NCBI GenBank assembly: GCA_002633005.1
Contig: NMRA01000232.1
Location: 62,001-126,000 of the forward strand
Direction of reading: 5' to 3'
Length of the DNA stretch: 64,000 nucleotides
Origin: Phoronis australis
Lineage: Eukaryota > Animalia > Phoronida
The translations under genes were made by a program, and so were the position numbers. Positions 13,001-25,707 of this stretch are shown here, in pieces. The notes beneath the pieces are model-generated. The model made no database searches and was not told where the DNA came from. It saw nothing but the letters and a program-made list of their open reading frames with translations. Within the stretch, counting starts at the first letter, position 1. Every line of letters begins with the position of its first letter.

Positions 13001-16000
13001 GGTGAGGGCGCTACCGATGCAGGGTTGTCAAAACTACAATAGAGAGAGACATGCTGTGAACGTACAAGAAGCTGCTTAAATTTGCCACACTCTCATACCT
13101 GACATCTTCACAAAAATAAATTTTAGTACAATTTTCCAAAACTACAACATGAAATTCTCCAACATGTCCAGTGGTTGCTATGTTGAACACTGTAAGTATC
13201 AATCAGAGGAACTACCATATTTGGTGAAAATTGAATCACAAAAGTGGCTACAAGAGCTAAAAATTTCATTTTCGCTTCATTTCCACTTTACTCACTCGGT
13301 AAATACTGGCAGTTGGGCACCCATTACTTTGATTCTGGCCAAGAGTAGCATTAGCGTGCTACCGATGAGGACAATTGACCTGAAGATGGCGCTCTTCAAA
13401 TGAGGCAGCAGAAAGGGCTTGCCACTGACCAGCCTCCTGAGCATGTTGACCAAGTCGGGCAAGGTCAGCTGAAACAACAATAAAACAAAAAAGAGGATGT
13501 TATCTTAGTTTGAAAAACAAATTCTTGTCTTTCAATCTCTTGAAGTTATTTTTTAATATGCTTTTGTGACAGTGGCATATTTTATTTTTCAAAATACATA
13601 AAATATACCACTATCACATTTTGATCAAGCAATCATTAAAATGGACTACCAGCAAAAACATTCTTTCAACGATTTCAGGCTACTTGGGAACCGCGCACCA
13701 TTACTGACACAAAACGCACTGTTCCTCACAGAACCATCTCTCCCCACAAAAAGTACAGTAAACTTCCATTCGGGACACAAGGCAGACAACTGAATTTTCT
13801 CCTCAAAACTAACCCTCGAGGAAATTTTACTTTACTTTTAATATTTAATATGGTTTGTACAGTAAAGCTTGCACTAAATAATATTTGTAAGCACCTGGAA
13901 ATAGAAAAATGGCAACTTTAGTAATTCTTTCTGTCCAAAATTGAAGTATTTTTACCACGCTTGAAAAAACATTGGTATTCTTTCCATTTTAGTGATTTTC
14001 AGACATTTTCTGAAATTTTTAATGAGTGTACACTAGCTGTTAAATCCCCTCACATAATGTGTTCTGTGTACTTTAGAAAAGGTTAGAAAGTGCTAACAAC
14101 CCCCAAACGGTGTGATATTAACTGTCTTCTTTGCAGACAATGTATCCTGCAATCAGTGTCATCAACAAGGAATTACCTTTTGCACAATGAAAACTTCATA
14201 CACACAACAGATACCAATAACTGTGATGCCTTGCTCTTTACAAAGCATAGCAACTGTTACTAAGGCAACCGTTGTCAACAGGTGATTCCAACCTACAACA
14301 GAATTCCAGCAAAACTATGTTTGAAATGAAGGTGAAATATGAGAGGATGTTGAAATTTTAATGAGTTTCCATTTTAATTAGTCAATAGGCGTTTGTTCAG
14401 TTTTAACTCAGTTTACAAACTTAAATCTTCAGAGATGGAAAATTGAGAAGTTTGTGTTTGGTGATTTGCTCTTCTTTTATTGCCATTACTTAGTCAAATT
14501 CAATGAAATGAATTAGTCCAAGAATCATAGCTTCAACTAAGAGAAAATTGATTACTGGTGCAAACATATAACGCCACAATGGACTTTCGAAACAGGTAAT
14601 TCCCAATTGGCAATTACGTAATTTTAACCAGAGTGTTAAGACTATCTATCATATGAAAGTCGTGGTGGTGGATGCTAATTTGAGCATGTTCCTTCGTGCT
14701 ACATTCAAAAGGTCCACAAAGTTTGCCTGACACAAAAGTTTGTTTAATGAACACTTTTCCACAAACTTACGAGTATTTTCCTTATAGCCAGTACATTTAG
14801 AGTATGACAGAAGAGCAGCAAGAAAGAATATAGAGGACAGTGTCTCAGCTCTGCCCACCACTCCAGTCACCTGCAATGAATGGAAAGAGAACAAGCCAAT
14901 CATAACCAAGAGCAGTATGATGTCATAGCTGTTCACTGAGACATAATCAGAAAGAAAATTTGGTTTCCTGAAATTTGAGATTGCGAATTTTAAATATGTA
15001 ACCTTTGCAGTCAAAATCAAATGTTCTGCTACTGGAGCTAAACACCACTCAATGATTGGTAATTAGTAATTTAAGGATGCCATGGGCAGAAATCTTATAT
15101 CCATTGGGTCACATGATGTGGCCTATACATGGCGTGCAGACTGGACTTGAAAATGTTTGTGATCTGTATTTCCACACCCGTTTAAAATTTACATAAACAC
15201 TCAAAATTTCGTGGGCAGAAAACCCACAGCTAAGACTGATTAGAATTCTGTGTTTGACCGGTGGTAATGACAGCTCAGTGGTTACACTAGAGCGTCTGCA
15301 TGGGTAGCAGCAGGGCCTGGGTTCAAGTCCCAGTCGGGAGCAGAAATCTTTTTGGACTTATGTTCATTGGGTCATGTGATGTGGCCAATAAGTGGTGTGC
15401 AGATCCGACTTAAAAATGTTTTTGGGAGTTTAAGCATACTTAACTGGTACAGTCACCAGCCATGAGTTCAGTGAATGTCTGCCAGACAATGACGAGAAGT
15501 TGAGACTTGTAATAAAATGACAAGAACAAAACAAGATTTTGTCGTTTTACAGCTCTGGTCAAAGCACATAAACTTCATAAGATATATCTTATCAAACAAT
15601 GATCCCATAACGTGTATTTTGGCCATCAAAACAAATATCCCTTAAGGGGGGGAGGTATAGTTAATGAATAATTCAGCCACATGTCTCAACAACTGAAAGC
15701 AAAGTATCATATAACACAACCAGTAAAATTCACTTTATATACAACAATTACACGGCAAAACACATCTCAAAGGTTGAAAATGACTTGTTGACACCAATCT
15801 TTCAAAAATACTAAATCTTGTTGAACTTGGCGTTAAATATTAAATTTTTCATTTATTTTTTAAAACTGTAAAACGCAAGATAGCTTACAGCCTCTGTGTG
15901 GATAGGATGAACAGCAAACAACATGGCCGCTAGAAAACTGACGGTCTTTGTGAAGAACATGCAACACATTCTGAAATAGAAAGAAAGCACAGCGTGTAAC

Positions 16001-19000
16001 TGATGGACTGTACTGTGTACAACGCTCTGTCCTGGATTGCAGAAAACACATGACAAGAAGTCCATTGTACACATCTGCCAAAGGTAAATGGACAAAATTC
16101 CGTTTCCCAGTTATGATGGCAATTCTACTTACAGTGAAAGTTACTGCTGATGTCCTATTATTCTGTTAAAATCTCAACTATAGAACAGTCGTATAACCAT
16201 AACTTCCGTACTGTAAACTACTCATCATTCTCAATAGCGACAGACTTGTACTAAGAACATCATTTTGCTTGTGCTCAGCCACCATGTCAAGGAATTCCAG
16301 ATCATTTTGTGAGATTTCTTGACAGATATTGTGGCTAACAAAATGCCACAAACACACGCACATACATTCACAGACTCAATGAATAGCAATGCCATATGAT
16401 TTTATTGATATCCAAAGTTACCCATCACTTCACAACATGAAATCTTTACAATCGTGCCAAAAAGAATACCTCGGCAGCAGCCCTTACAGAGACCTTGGTT
16501 TTTCATTTTCAAAAACAGATCAAGGACAAGGCAAAGCATTGAAATGAGCCCACTACTGTAGTATTAACCAATCATATGCTTCTAGGGGTGTTTAGTAGTG
16601 TCAGAAATAGCCACTAGGTGAGACAGAATATGTCTCGCATTATTGTCTCCCAAATAAAAACCTATTTGCCTAATTTCCTGAAGATGAGACAAAAGAAAAT
16701 AAAATTGCCGCTAGGTGGCACAGCGGTAGATGGATCAACCTGAAACTTGCAAAGGAATCATCTCTTGTCACATTCAAAGATACATTTGCCAAATTTCACA
16801 ATTATCCTGCAAAGGGGTAAAGAAGATATAGCCAAGGGGGTGCCAAAGTACTCCGCCTGGCCTTTTCTGCAAGAACACATCTACCACACATCTGAAGTTG
16901 GGTTGGTCTGAAATTAGTTGTCATCTGTCGTCAGCTTCTTTGAAACATATATGCCAAGTCTCATTATGATCCCAAGAAGGGATTAGGAGATACTGCAGCA
17001 GATGCGTACGCCAAGGCTGAGATGACACCAATGAAAATCAAACAAAATTTCACTTTCCATTTTTGTAAATTAGCAAATTCTGCTTTACTATTTCAAAACT
17101 GATAAAAACATAAAAATGAGCTTGGAATTGCATTTCATTTTTTCTGCTGAATCGTGTCACAGCTACATTATACAGACAACACAGAAAAAGACCAGTGCCA
17201 CCTTCAGACAGAATTAACAACTACTTGAAAATATCTACTGCAAATTGAGCATGGATTGCTTTGTTGATTTTTTTTAATGGTGGATTACACTTTTCGTAAT
17301 TAACGACCAAAAATAATAAAATTAAAGCATCTGCTATTGAATGGAACTTTACTCAGTAACGATAAATATTTTCTGAAAATACAAAGCAAGTGCAATTTAT
17401 TTTTGACTTAATTACAATTTTCCATAAATTGACTCTTGTGACTATGTGTTTTCACCGCAATTTAGCAAAAAGAAAGGTACATTCATAGCAAAAAATGGTA
17501 TCAACCCCATCCACCTACACCCCCCACAGGCCACCACCTCTCGTTGCCTCTGTCTCAAATAGCCAAAACTATTACTTTGTGCCAATTCAAATCACAGAAT
17601 AAAAAACGACAGAGAAATTGAATCAAATACCAGTAATTTGTTTACCTGACTTATCAACGTTGTATCCGTCTCTCATGGCCTTCAGCTTGACTGGTGATGT
17701 TTTTATTGTTCTGGCTAATAGGTGACATTTTAACCACTGCCTGTGTGACTTACAGGTGATTGCAACCTCAAGGGGATTTTTTAATCACCTGAAGGTAATT
17801 TTTCGACCTTACAAGGAAAATAACGTATTATTTTCAATTATGTTTTTCAGAAAGGAATAAAGCTAATATTTGGCCTTAAAACGAGGCACTGCAGGCCCTG
17901 TGTAAACACCAAACCAACATGGACATTTTCGCACATATTTCTATTTCAGATACCCTCCACCACCTGAAAGCACAGTGATCCGACTAGATCAGATCTACTT
18001 CTCTCCAATAGACTCACATACAACATTTTGCTTAGCTGACAAAAATGTTCCAAATGGTCAAATCTGATGTTAAAATGTGCATAAAACATATGCAGTAGTT
18101 TTGAAGTACCCCCCACTGACACCACATTCTTACAATAGAAAGTCTAAATTAGTTTTTTTCAAAAACAACCATCCTCAATGAAGCCTCCATCAACTCACCT
18201 GTAATACAAGATGCAGACAGTAGCGTGTAACAATACGTTCACCAAGTGATACCCGTACGGCTCCAACTCTCCCCACAAATAGTTCAGGCGAAATGTCAAC
18301 ACACACAGAGGTCGGTAAGACTTGTGACTTTTCTCCTAAAAATAATAGCAGACGTGAAAGCACTTAAAATTGGAAGCAAACTACCAGTAATGTTTTTTAT
18401 CAGAAGATAACTTTCAACCACCATGCAAACATTATTTTCAGGTATGGCTACGGATTCATGACAGGGCCTAGATAGCTTAATCTCAAGTTTTCAGAACATA
18501 CCAGTCGTATCATATGTCAGAAAGGGAATATCGTAACTTTGCATTCCGTATCAACAAAAACAATTTGGAGAAAGTCACTCTAGGGTCTCAATCTAGCTAC
18601 TGCATAAAGCACTGATCAATCATTAGCTACCCTGGGATTGGCTCCTATTGGTACCCAACCTTCAGTTGGAGGTAACAGGTCATACCATGATCCCAACTGA
18701 AGGTCAGAAAGGAGCCACTGCCAGAATAGCTAGCAATTGATGAGCATGCCAAGCCGCAATCAATGACTCGAATGAGAATCTGGCACAGTTATAACTGAGA
18801 TGGAGTGCAAAGTGGCGATATTCCCCGACTTACACGGATTACATGATATATGAGAGGTGCGTTTTAGATAAGCTGGGTCACCAAGACCAAGAAACGATTT
18901 TCCCAACTTGAGTCTCTGACAATGAAATGAGAGAAATATAACTCTAAGGCCTCATACACACCCTTTAGTTCATGCATCAAAAAATCCAAACAGAAGACAC

Positions 19001-21925
19001 CATACTAGTCTCCCAGGATCAAATGTCCACCCATCCAAAGGCCCACCCGTCCAAAGGCCCACCCGTCCAAAGGCCCACACGTCCAAAGGCCCACCCGTCC
19101 AAAGGCCCAGAATGGCTCTCTTCTTGCACTCACGAAAGAGTGTTGTATGGTTGACCTTGCCTTCAAAGTATAAGGACACCTATGAATTAAAGCAAGAAGC
19201 ACCTTTCGAGCAAAACATTTACATACCTTTGCCATGGGTGTGCCCCAAAAGTCGTTCCAGAACAGATTAGCTAGTGGTGTTGAGGGCCTCAAATCTTTGT
19301 TCTCCTTAATGGCTGACATGTCATCAAATACGAACTCACATTGTAGAGAGTTGTAGTAACACACCAGCACCACCACTAGGAGTGCTAGTGCATGCACCAC
19401 GGAACTCATGATGAAAGAGGTATGTAAACCATGACCACAAAATTCTGAAACATAAAAAGTTTAAATTGGATCACATAATCTGGTTACATGACAAGAGTTG
19501 ATTTAAATGGTCCCTAATATAAAACTTCTCTTCTTGCTCGAGAACGACATTATGAAATATGGTTATTAAGTTTATCAAATTGGACCGAAGTCCCATGGTG
19601 CACCATCTTTTACAACAATGAATGTTTTGGTTCATGTTTTTAGGCAGCAAGTTATCGTTCAAAAGAATAGCATTAATATTAAATTGGCTATTGATGATAT
19701 ATTAAAAAAGTCAAAATTTAGGGTCAGGTTAAAATTCTTCAATATGTTCGCTGTAAATTTTTGTAGGTAAATGTCAATCTTTGTGGATGTTTTAAAAGTC
19801 AACTTTCATGGACTTTTTCCAAAGAGCAACTATTTCAAGAAGGGACAACTCTCATATTCATTCAGTAGAAACCTAACCCGCACCACCTTGTACATCACCC
19901 ACAGATTCTTGTACTAAAACTGGTGATTTGGCTTCTGGAATTGCATTTCTCATAAGTTGGGATCATTTTGGCCTCATAAAGTTAAGTTTAACAGTGAGGA
20001 CCTAGGAGCATTTGAGGATTTAATCATGTTTACTGCAACTGTCTCGCATACAGGTCATCAATATCCCTTGGTACCTTTACTAGCACAACACAGGTGAACA
20101 CAAGGTTGTCTCTCATACAGGTTCTCGGCAGCAAATAAATGTTCTACGAAGAATTGGACACCACCTTACGATAAACGGCGGACTTGCCATTTTTCACTCT
20201 TTCATCCTTTCAAATTTCAACTACTGCACCCTCTCATGGCAGGTTTGCTTGAAAGAAATTACACTAAAACTAGAAAAACTTCAACACAGAGCCCTCTGTT
20301 TTGTTTACAATGACGACGTTAGCACGCACGAACAACTACTCTCATTAGCTAACAAGCCACCCCTTCATCTACACAGACTTGGACTTATTGCAATAGAAGT
20401 ATTTAAAATCTTTTATTGTGAATCACCCCCAGACACTTCTTTCACATTGAAAGCCTATCTTCAACCGTAACACCTGTAAATTTGGTTACAAGAGTATGTT
20501 AAGAGCATCGCTCTGAGCCCACTAGTGCCATAAATTGCCAAATGTAACGAAGTATTGGCTTGCTTTTGTCTACGTCACCACGAGAATCACCTTTTAATTC
20601 AAACAGCTCCAAATAACACCCGCACACAATGGTGTTCTAGTAAGACCCCTATTCAATACAACCTTTTGTTGTTTGCGCTGGGATCTCGTGGTGACGCAAT
20701 GTAGCACGAAAAGGCAGCTTCATTTGAAGGGTTTACATTTGCGTGATTGAATTCGCATTTTCTTATTTTACTGAGGCTTTGCTAGGACTATCTGGTTAGC
20801 CCAATACATCTAAAATAACAAAATTCCATTGAAGTTAGGCTTTAAAGAAGAAAGAAAATAATTATTCCTTTCTCTACAGCAATCTTTTAGATATTCCTCA
20901 AGTTAAATCTGTCAAATATGGTAAAAAATCTTTTTGCTTCGAGGCTGCTTGGGTCTGGAACAGTCTACCGAATGTGTTGCGCACAACAGAGTCTTTCACT
21001 ATTTTTCGTGGATTGTTTCGGACCTGGACCGGCCCCGAATGCAGCTGTTCTCTTTGCAAACACTCCAGGTTATGCTGTAATTAGTGTATACCATCGTTTC
21101 TTTTATGATTTATCTAGATTATAGCATTTACACGCGTATCAATTATCGTTTATGCTCATTAAACCCTAGTCAATACTTTAGAAATTACGACAACGTAACT
21201 TTTATTTACACTTATATCTCTATGTTATTCTCCACCTTTAGCTTAAGTTCCATTTTCTTCATGTTTCTGTTAAATTTAATGTCGTAAAAATAGCCCAACG
21301 GGCTAATGTTAATCTGTTCTCCGAATAATAAAGATTCTTGTTCTTGATTCCTGGAACTTTTATCATCCGCGTCCAAGGTCCAAGGGTACTAGTTGACGGG
21401 GCTTTATTGGTAGATCATCCATTTGTGACTACGCCATTTGAACGGAATCGCGACCCCCCATAAAACCGGCGAGCGTGCTAACCATTCAGCTAAGAGGCTC
21501 ATATGATTCACCGGAAGCACATCAACACTAGAATACTGTCACCTGGAAGGCAATCTGGGGCACTGGTCGGATATATAGTGATCCCTGATTTTGAGAACCA
21601 GTTTCGTCCACTGAATAACGGGCCCACAATGGCACTGGTTCTGGTTCTAGAATAAGTGCTAGACTGGACTCAGTAGATTGACAAGAGTAGAGGTCGGCAA
21701 TTACATTGAGCTAGATGCCACAGGCATACAGGGGCGATAGTACATCCCCACAAAAAGTTACGAATTTCAAAATACAGGAAATAAAATCTAATGAAATATG
21801 CATACATGCACATGGAGTTATAATTAACATGTACCATAAGTCTGGGGACGATCCAGTCAGGATAATTTGAACTAATCGATGAAAATCTGTTGCGGTTTGC
21901 TCGAGTTTATCTTACCGGGATCCAT
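3954..21925 (-). CDS. TMTC3: Protein O-mannosyl-transferase TMTC3 (transmembrane and TPR repeat protein 3); 16 coding exons, 3' end beyond window start
   Basis: Phase-consistent exons: 21916-21925, 19227-19444, 18199-18335, 15889-15970, 14771-14870, 14177-14292, 13296-13468, 12781-13033, 11880-12031, 10273-10494, 9566-9690, 8578-8681, 7911-7993, 6657-6729, 5313-5473, 3954-4074. TMTC motifs: [71 protein letters not shown]3-specific [14 protein letters not shown] and ISMRPD TPR region. Confidence 0.93.
4124..4319. mobile_element. Tc1/mariner(pogo)-type MITE
   Basis: TIRs CCGTATTCGTCCTAAAAGGCGCCCATG / CATGGGCGCCTATTAGGGCGAATACGA, flanked by TA. Confidence 0.7.
5313..5473 (-). CDS. TMTC3: TMTC3 exon 15
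   Basis: LGVVNIEL...[18 protein letters not shown]. Confidence 0.92.
5730..5916. repeat. Tandem repeat, 44-bp unit, about 4.2 copies
   Basis: TTGGCTGAAATATTT(T/C)ATTACTGGCCAACCTCAGTGTCTATAC(A/C) repeated. Confidence 0.9.
6240..6375 (-). repeat. tRNA-derived interspersed repeat (A/B-box-like head)
   Basis: Reverse strand has GCTCAGTTG...GGTTCGAGCC; similar to copies at 11500-11660 and 15105-15420. Confidence 0.5.
6657..6729 (-). CDS. TMTC3: TMTC3 exon 14
   Basis: [24 protein letters not shown]. Confidence 0.9.
7911..7993 (-). CDS. TMTC3: TMTC3 exon 13
   Basis: [27 protein letters not shown]. Confidence 0.92.
8578..8681 (-). CDS. TMTC3: TMTC3 exon 12
   Basis: [22 protein letters not shown]. 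Confidence 0.92.
9566..9690 (-). CDS. TMTC3: TMTC3 exon 11
   Basis: [18 protein letters not shown]...MPPVIPG. Confidence 0.92.
10273..10494 (-). CDS. TMTC3: TMTC3 exon 10
   Basis: [10 protein letters not shown]...[14 protein letters not shown] (first TPR). Confidence 0.92.
10588..11097. mobile_element. hAT-like MITE
   Basis: TIR CAGGGCTTGGAAT...ATTCCAAGCCCTG; ATTCAG present on both flanks. Confidence 0.7.
11880..12031 (-). CDS. TMTC3: TMTC3 exon 9 (probable GC donor)
   Basis: [28 protein letters not shown]; among nearby candidates only AA|GCAAGT gives the phase 2 needed by the next exon. Confidence 0.85.
12781..13033 (-). CDS. TMTC3: TMTC3 exon 8 (DUF1736 region)
   Basis: FDNPAS...[21 protein letters not shown]. 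Confidence 0.92.
13296..13468 (-). CDS. TMTC3: TMTC3 exon 7
   Basis: [16 protein letters not shown]; GTGAGT donor. Confidence 0.9.
14177..14292 (-). CDS. TMTC3: TMTC3 exon 6
   Basis: [21 protein letters not shown]. Confidence 0.92.
14771..14870 (-). CDS. TMTC3: TMTC3 exon 5
   Basis: [19 protein letters not shown]; GTAAGT donor. Confidence 0.92.
15105..15420 (+). repeat. Dispersed repeat with tRNA-like segment; related copy at 11496-11660
   Basis: AGCTCAGTGG...GGTTCAAGTCCC plus shared GGTCA(C/T)(A/G)TGATGTGGCC...GACTT(A/G)AAAATGTTT block in three copies. Confidence 0.6.
15889..15970 (-). CDS. TMTC3: TMTC3 exon 4
   Basis: [14 protein letters not shown]; GTAAG donor. Confidence 0.9.
16570..17030 (-). 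mobile_element. Degenerate copy of the HINE-like family at 47071-52187
   Basis: Shared GCCACTAGGTG, AAAATTGCCGCTAGGTGGCAC and AGGAGATA blocks. Confidence 0.55.
18199..18335 (-). CDS. TMTC3: TMTC3 exon 3
   Basis: [37 protein letters not shown]; AG/GTGAG boundaries. Confidence 0.92.
18500..18865. mobile_element. Foldback/MITE-like imperfect palindrome
   Basis: GGGAATATCGTAACTTTGCATTCC pairs with GGAGTGCAAAGTGGCGATATTCCC; inner arms CCTTCAGTTGG/CCAACTGAAGG. Confidence 0.6.
19027..19108. repeat. 16-bp minisatellite, about 5 copies
   Basis: CCCACCCGTCCAAAGG repeated. Confidence 0.9.
19227..19444 (-). CDS. TMTC3: TMTC3 exon 2 (TM1, FVFDD loop, NDFWG)
   Basis: tttcag acceptor, AAG|GTATGT donor. 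Confidence 0.9.
20120..21345 (+). mobile_element. 5'-truncated CR1/L2-type LINE (RT C-terminus + 3' UTR), interrupted at about 20460-20850
   Basis: [12 protein letters not shown]...[16 protein letters not shown]...IAIEVFK, then [23 protein letters not shown]...[11 protein letters not shown]; AATAAAG-(TTCTTG) tail. Confidence 0.8.
21916..21925 (-). CDS. TMTC3: TMTC3 putative first coding exon (MDP)
   Basis: AAAATGGATCCCG|GTAAG; phase 1 joins in frame to the 19444 acceptor ([20 protein letters not shown]). The Met at 19409 is an alternative start. Confidence 0.6.
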
Positions 21926-22100
21926 TTTGAGGAAGTAACGTGAAATCACGCATGTTGATGAATAAAAAGTCCAAGGGACACAAATCTTACAAATTTCACC
22001 AGATACCTTGCCATGCTATTATGCAAATGTCACGCGCCAGCGTCACGCACTTCGCTCAGTCTCGTGCTAGCCTAACTCACGTCAGTTGAAATACTTTGAG
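21926..22100 (-). promoter_or_regulatory. Putative TMTC3 promoter/5'UTR with CRE/UPRE-like TGACGTGA (22077-22084) and octamer ATGCAAAT (22021-22028)
   Basis: CpG-containing patch immediately upstream of putative exon 1; motif matches only. Confidence 0.35.
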
Positions 22101-23425
22101 GTTATTGCGTGCGTAGTGAAAAGTTAATGGGGACCAAAAAAGTGGAGTAGGAATTCTTCTTGTAATTAAGCTTCATCCAAAACATGTAGAAGTAGAAAGG
22201 ACCAATGAAGCTAAGCACTTTTTTAACTGAGTGACAGTTTTAAGTGTGGAATGTATTTTTGACGAGGTGAAAACTCAAAATCAGTTGCCGAATTTGGCCT
22301 ACCGCCCTTTTAAAATACATGGAACGAAATGCGTACAGAAAGCGATGGGAAGTATTGTAGCACCTAACAGGCCAACCGAGAGGTTACATGTTGCCTAGAG
22401 TAGAGCAGTGCCAGTACCAAGGCAGTAGACAAGACAAGAAGACATGCGAGATGAGCCGGAGGACAAGTTTTGCCAGACAAAATCACTGCGCACATAGAGA
22501 TAAGACATAAAATTTATTTGCCCTGAAAACTGTGCGACATTTTGCTTTACACTACCTCAAGCATCCACTAGATGATTATGGTGGCCCGTCAGATTACCAG
22601 ATTACAGATAAATGAACTCGCTTGAAAACCTGTTTGAAGCAGAACGCCGCCATCTTTAAAGCTTTATTACCTCTGAAATTAAAGAGCGTAAGCTTGGGCG
22701 CGCCCAGTCAGAAAATAGTAGTGTTCGTGCCGGCCCCCGCGGCACCGACGCAGTCAAAAATAATTTGCTTCCAATATTCAGTTTTCTGTAAAGCAAATTG
22801 AAACTATTGTAGGTGTAAAGTAGGTTACAACCGAATATGGCTGTGAAATGTAAACTTTGATTATTACATCCATTTGTTGTTATTTTACTCGGAGACTCGG
22901 ATAGCCCGAACTGCATGGCTTCAAGACAAGATTGGCAGTGTAATTAATTTTTAACGTTGGGGCAAGACGAACATGCTGTCTGAAAATACCAATGAGATAT
23001 GTCCTCGAGTCACATGCGAACTGTTAGTAGAGAACCTTAATTGTGAACCGGCGTTAACTAACGTGGCCCACTGCCGGAGTCACGGCTTCAGATTTTTTCA
23101 TTGAATGGTCGGTGCATGCCTTTTGAGAGTAATAAGACAACAGATGACACTCAGTAACGAAATGCAACGCATAGATATCACCGTCGGTTGTGTTCAACCG
23201 AGGATGCTCTGGTGTATATGTAGCCATGCCAGCCGCATAGTCTGGGCCTCCGCAGAGTCCAACATCTGCGGGATCGGACTTTCGTTAGTTTTTGAATTAA
23301 GAAACGACTTATTTCCATACAACGTAAACGCGAAAGTTCCAAAAAGAATTAAACCGGACATACACTCCGCTGATTTAAACCATAGCACTATGGTATTGGC
23401 CAGCTTGTTCCCAATTCGAACAACT

Positions 23426-23582
23426 GAAATACTCCCGTACTAAAACTTTTTCTTCAAAAACACATGCTTCCTTCGTTCAGTTGCCCAAATCGGCAAACTG
23501 GCAATTTTTGAACTGCTAGTGCTCCTGTTTTTACACTGAACGAAGGACTGTTCGGAGAAAAAGTTTGATTACGGGAGTATTT
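23426..23582. repeat. Inverted repeat (small foldback element)
   Basis: AAATACTCCCGTA...CCTTCGTTCAGT / ACTGAACGAAGG...TACGGGAGTATTT. Confidence 0.65.
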
Positions 23583-25707
23583 GTTCGAGTTTAAAGGAAT
23601 TTAGGTTGACCCTCTGAAAAGTTTAGTTTCGGGGAGACGATTTCAGAGGCCCGTCGCTTTTCACTTGGATTTGACGTACGGACGGGTTCATATCGTGTCT
23701 TCAAAACTCCATGCAGCAGCATCTTTGAAAATTATTGTTTGGTGATGAGACCCTTTTTTGATAATGTAATTACCACGCAGTATTAAAATACCCCGAGCTA
23801 AAATTCTTAATAAAAACCTGACACAATTATTAACCAAATGGAGTTCATTGATTACACTGACAGAAAATTGATCGCTATCTAATTTGGTTAATGCGAGTTT
23901 GAGTCTAATATCGTTCAAATTTAATCAACTCAAATCGCATTTCAAGGTACGTAATGCTAAGTTTTCCTTCAAAAATATACCAATTCCCAACCAAAAAGAA
24001 AACAATTAGCTGATAATACCATGTTTTACAAAGAAAATGAAATTTCATGACAGCATTATCTTACACAATTTTGAACGCTTTTCAACGGCAGTTGGTTCTG
24101 CATAAGTAAAAACATTTACAATATAAAAAATGTATTGCAGTTTAAAGGCACTCAAACAGACATTTTAAAAGAGCTCTGTAATTGCAATTACATAACGATA
24201 ACTAATCACAAAGTTGCATGTAATTAAAAATTTACAAAGCTGGTCTAAGTTTCATGAAAAGTACTAAGACAGCACAGTTGCTAAAAAGGTTTAGCTAAGT
24301 AATTATGAGCTCATCATAGTCTTGAATTAAGTTGTAGAAATTATTTTAGTGACCGACTGTTCTCTTTTGCTCAAGTGAGATTTAATTATTTTTCAGAAAT
24401 AATTGTGTGAAGGGTAAGACTAAATTTCTGACTTGAGTCATAAGTCACTTTTCATGAACAATACTACGTGAGAAATTTGGTTGAAAAAACATTGAGATCA
24501 CAAGAACGCATCGTTTTTGTTTTCATAACAGGACACTACATCAGCTAATGGCAACAACTAAAAACAGTTTACCAACGATGTCTGTGATAAACATTAAGTT
24601 CCAAAAAACTTAAAATATTCTATAAGTAAACCTTTTCAAGGTTTTGTTGACATGCACACTCATAATTTCTGATAACCTGTTCAAAACGGGAAATTTACAA
24701 CCTTGCGTATGCCTCGTACGTCGTAACGGCTCAGAAACCACTCTTCTAGATTGATACCGAGGAAAACACGTTCTTTCACATTGGGAGGTGAGAAAATAAG
24801 AACCGGCAACAGCCGCCCGGCTCACAATGGCTGGCACAATTCGTTGGAATGGGCAACAAACACATGGGTATCGCACCCGACATGGGAACTTTGCTGTCGG
24901 TGACTTAACCAACCACTGCATGCCTGCACCTGCATCGCCCCTAACAATAATTGCATGCTGGCATAAAAGGGCGAATATAAATAAATTTGAGTATAAACGA
25001 ATAGAAAAACCGTGTGTCCGAAAACGAATGTAGACGTATTTCGGGATGCGACTATTATTTGGATAAATGTCTGCGATTGCGAATGATTTCCAGTTCTGCT
25101 AGCAATCTGTTTCATTTCATCAACAATTCGTTTTTTTGGTGGCTCTTGATTCATAAGTAAGATTTACCTCAGCTTGTATATGGCGACTGAATCACCCTTT
25201 GATTAGTTCCAATTCTCCTAGCAACTGAGTGACGACACAAGCAGATTTTTATCAACATATGACCACGCAGCAAACAATGTATCGGGCGCTTTCAAAGTGA
25301 GTAGTGCTAATTGTCTGACGAAAGTGATAACAACGAAGTCGACATCATTGAAACGGAGAGAATACGAATATTGGTAAGGTTCCGTACTATGGAAAAACGT
25401 TTGAAGGCGTTTCAAAAACGTTTGAAGGCGTTTCATTCTAATAATTACCTACGCCATTGAAAAGCAGCACACGATTTCCCAATCACCCATTGCCGATTCA
25501 CTGCTTATGACGTCAAATGGTGGACAATAAATAAGGTGTGAGTCGCTGAGAGTTTAGAAAGGCGACTGAACCTCTTGGTATTAGAAATTAATAAACCCAC
25601 TAATGAAATACTTTTTGATTAGCATTGACCCCGGGATTTGTGTTTTGACATTTATTTAATATCTATTATCGACAATCGCCATTGACGATTTTCATGAACT
25701 GAATTAT

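Noticed and set aside
19005-19226. ORF extension with repeated WxxGPLD/GRVGL peptides
   Set aside because: Read-through past the TMTC3 exon 2 donor into a 16-bp minisatellite.
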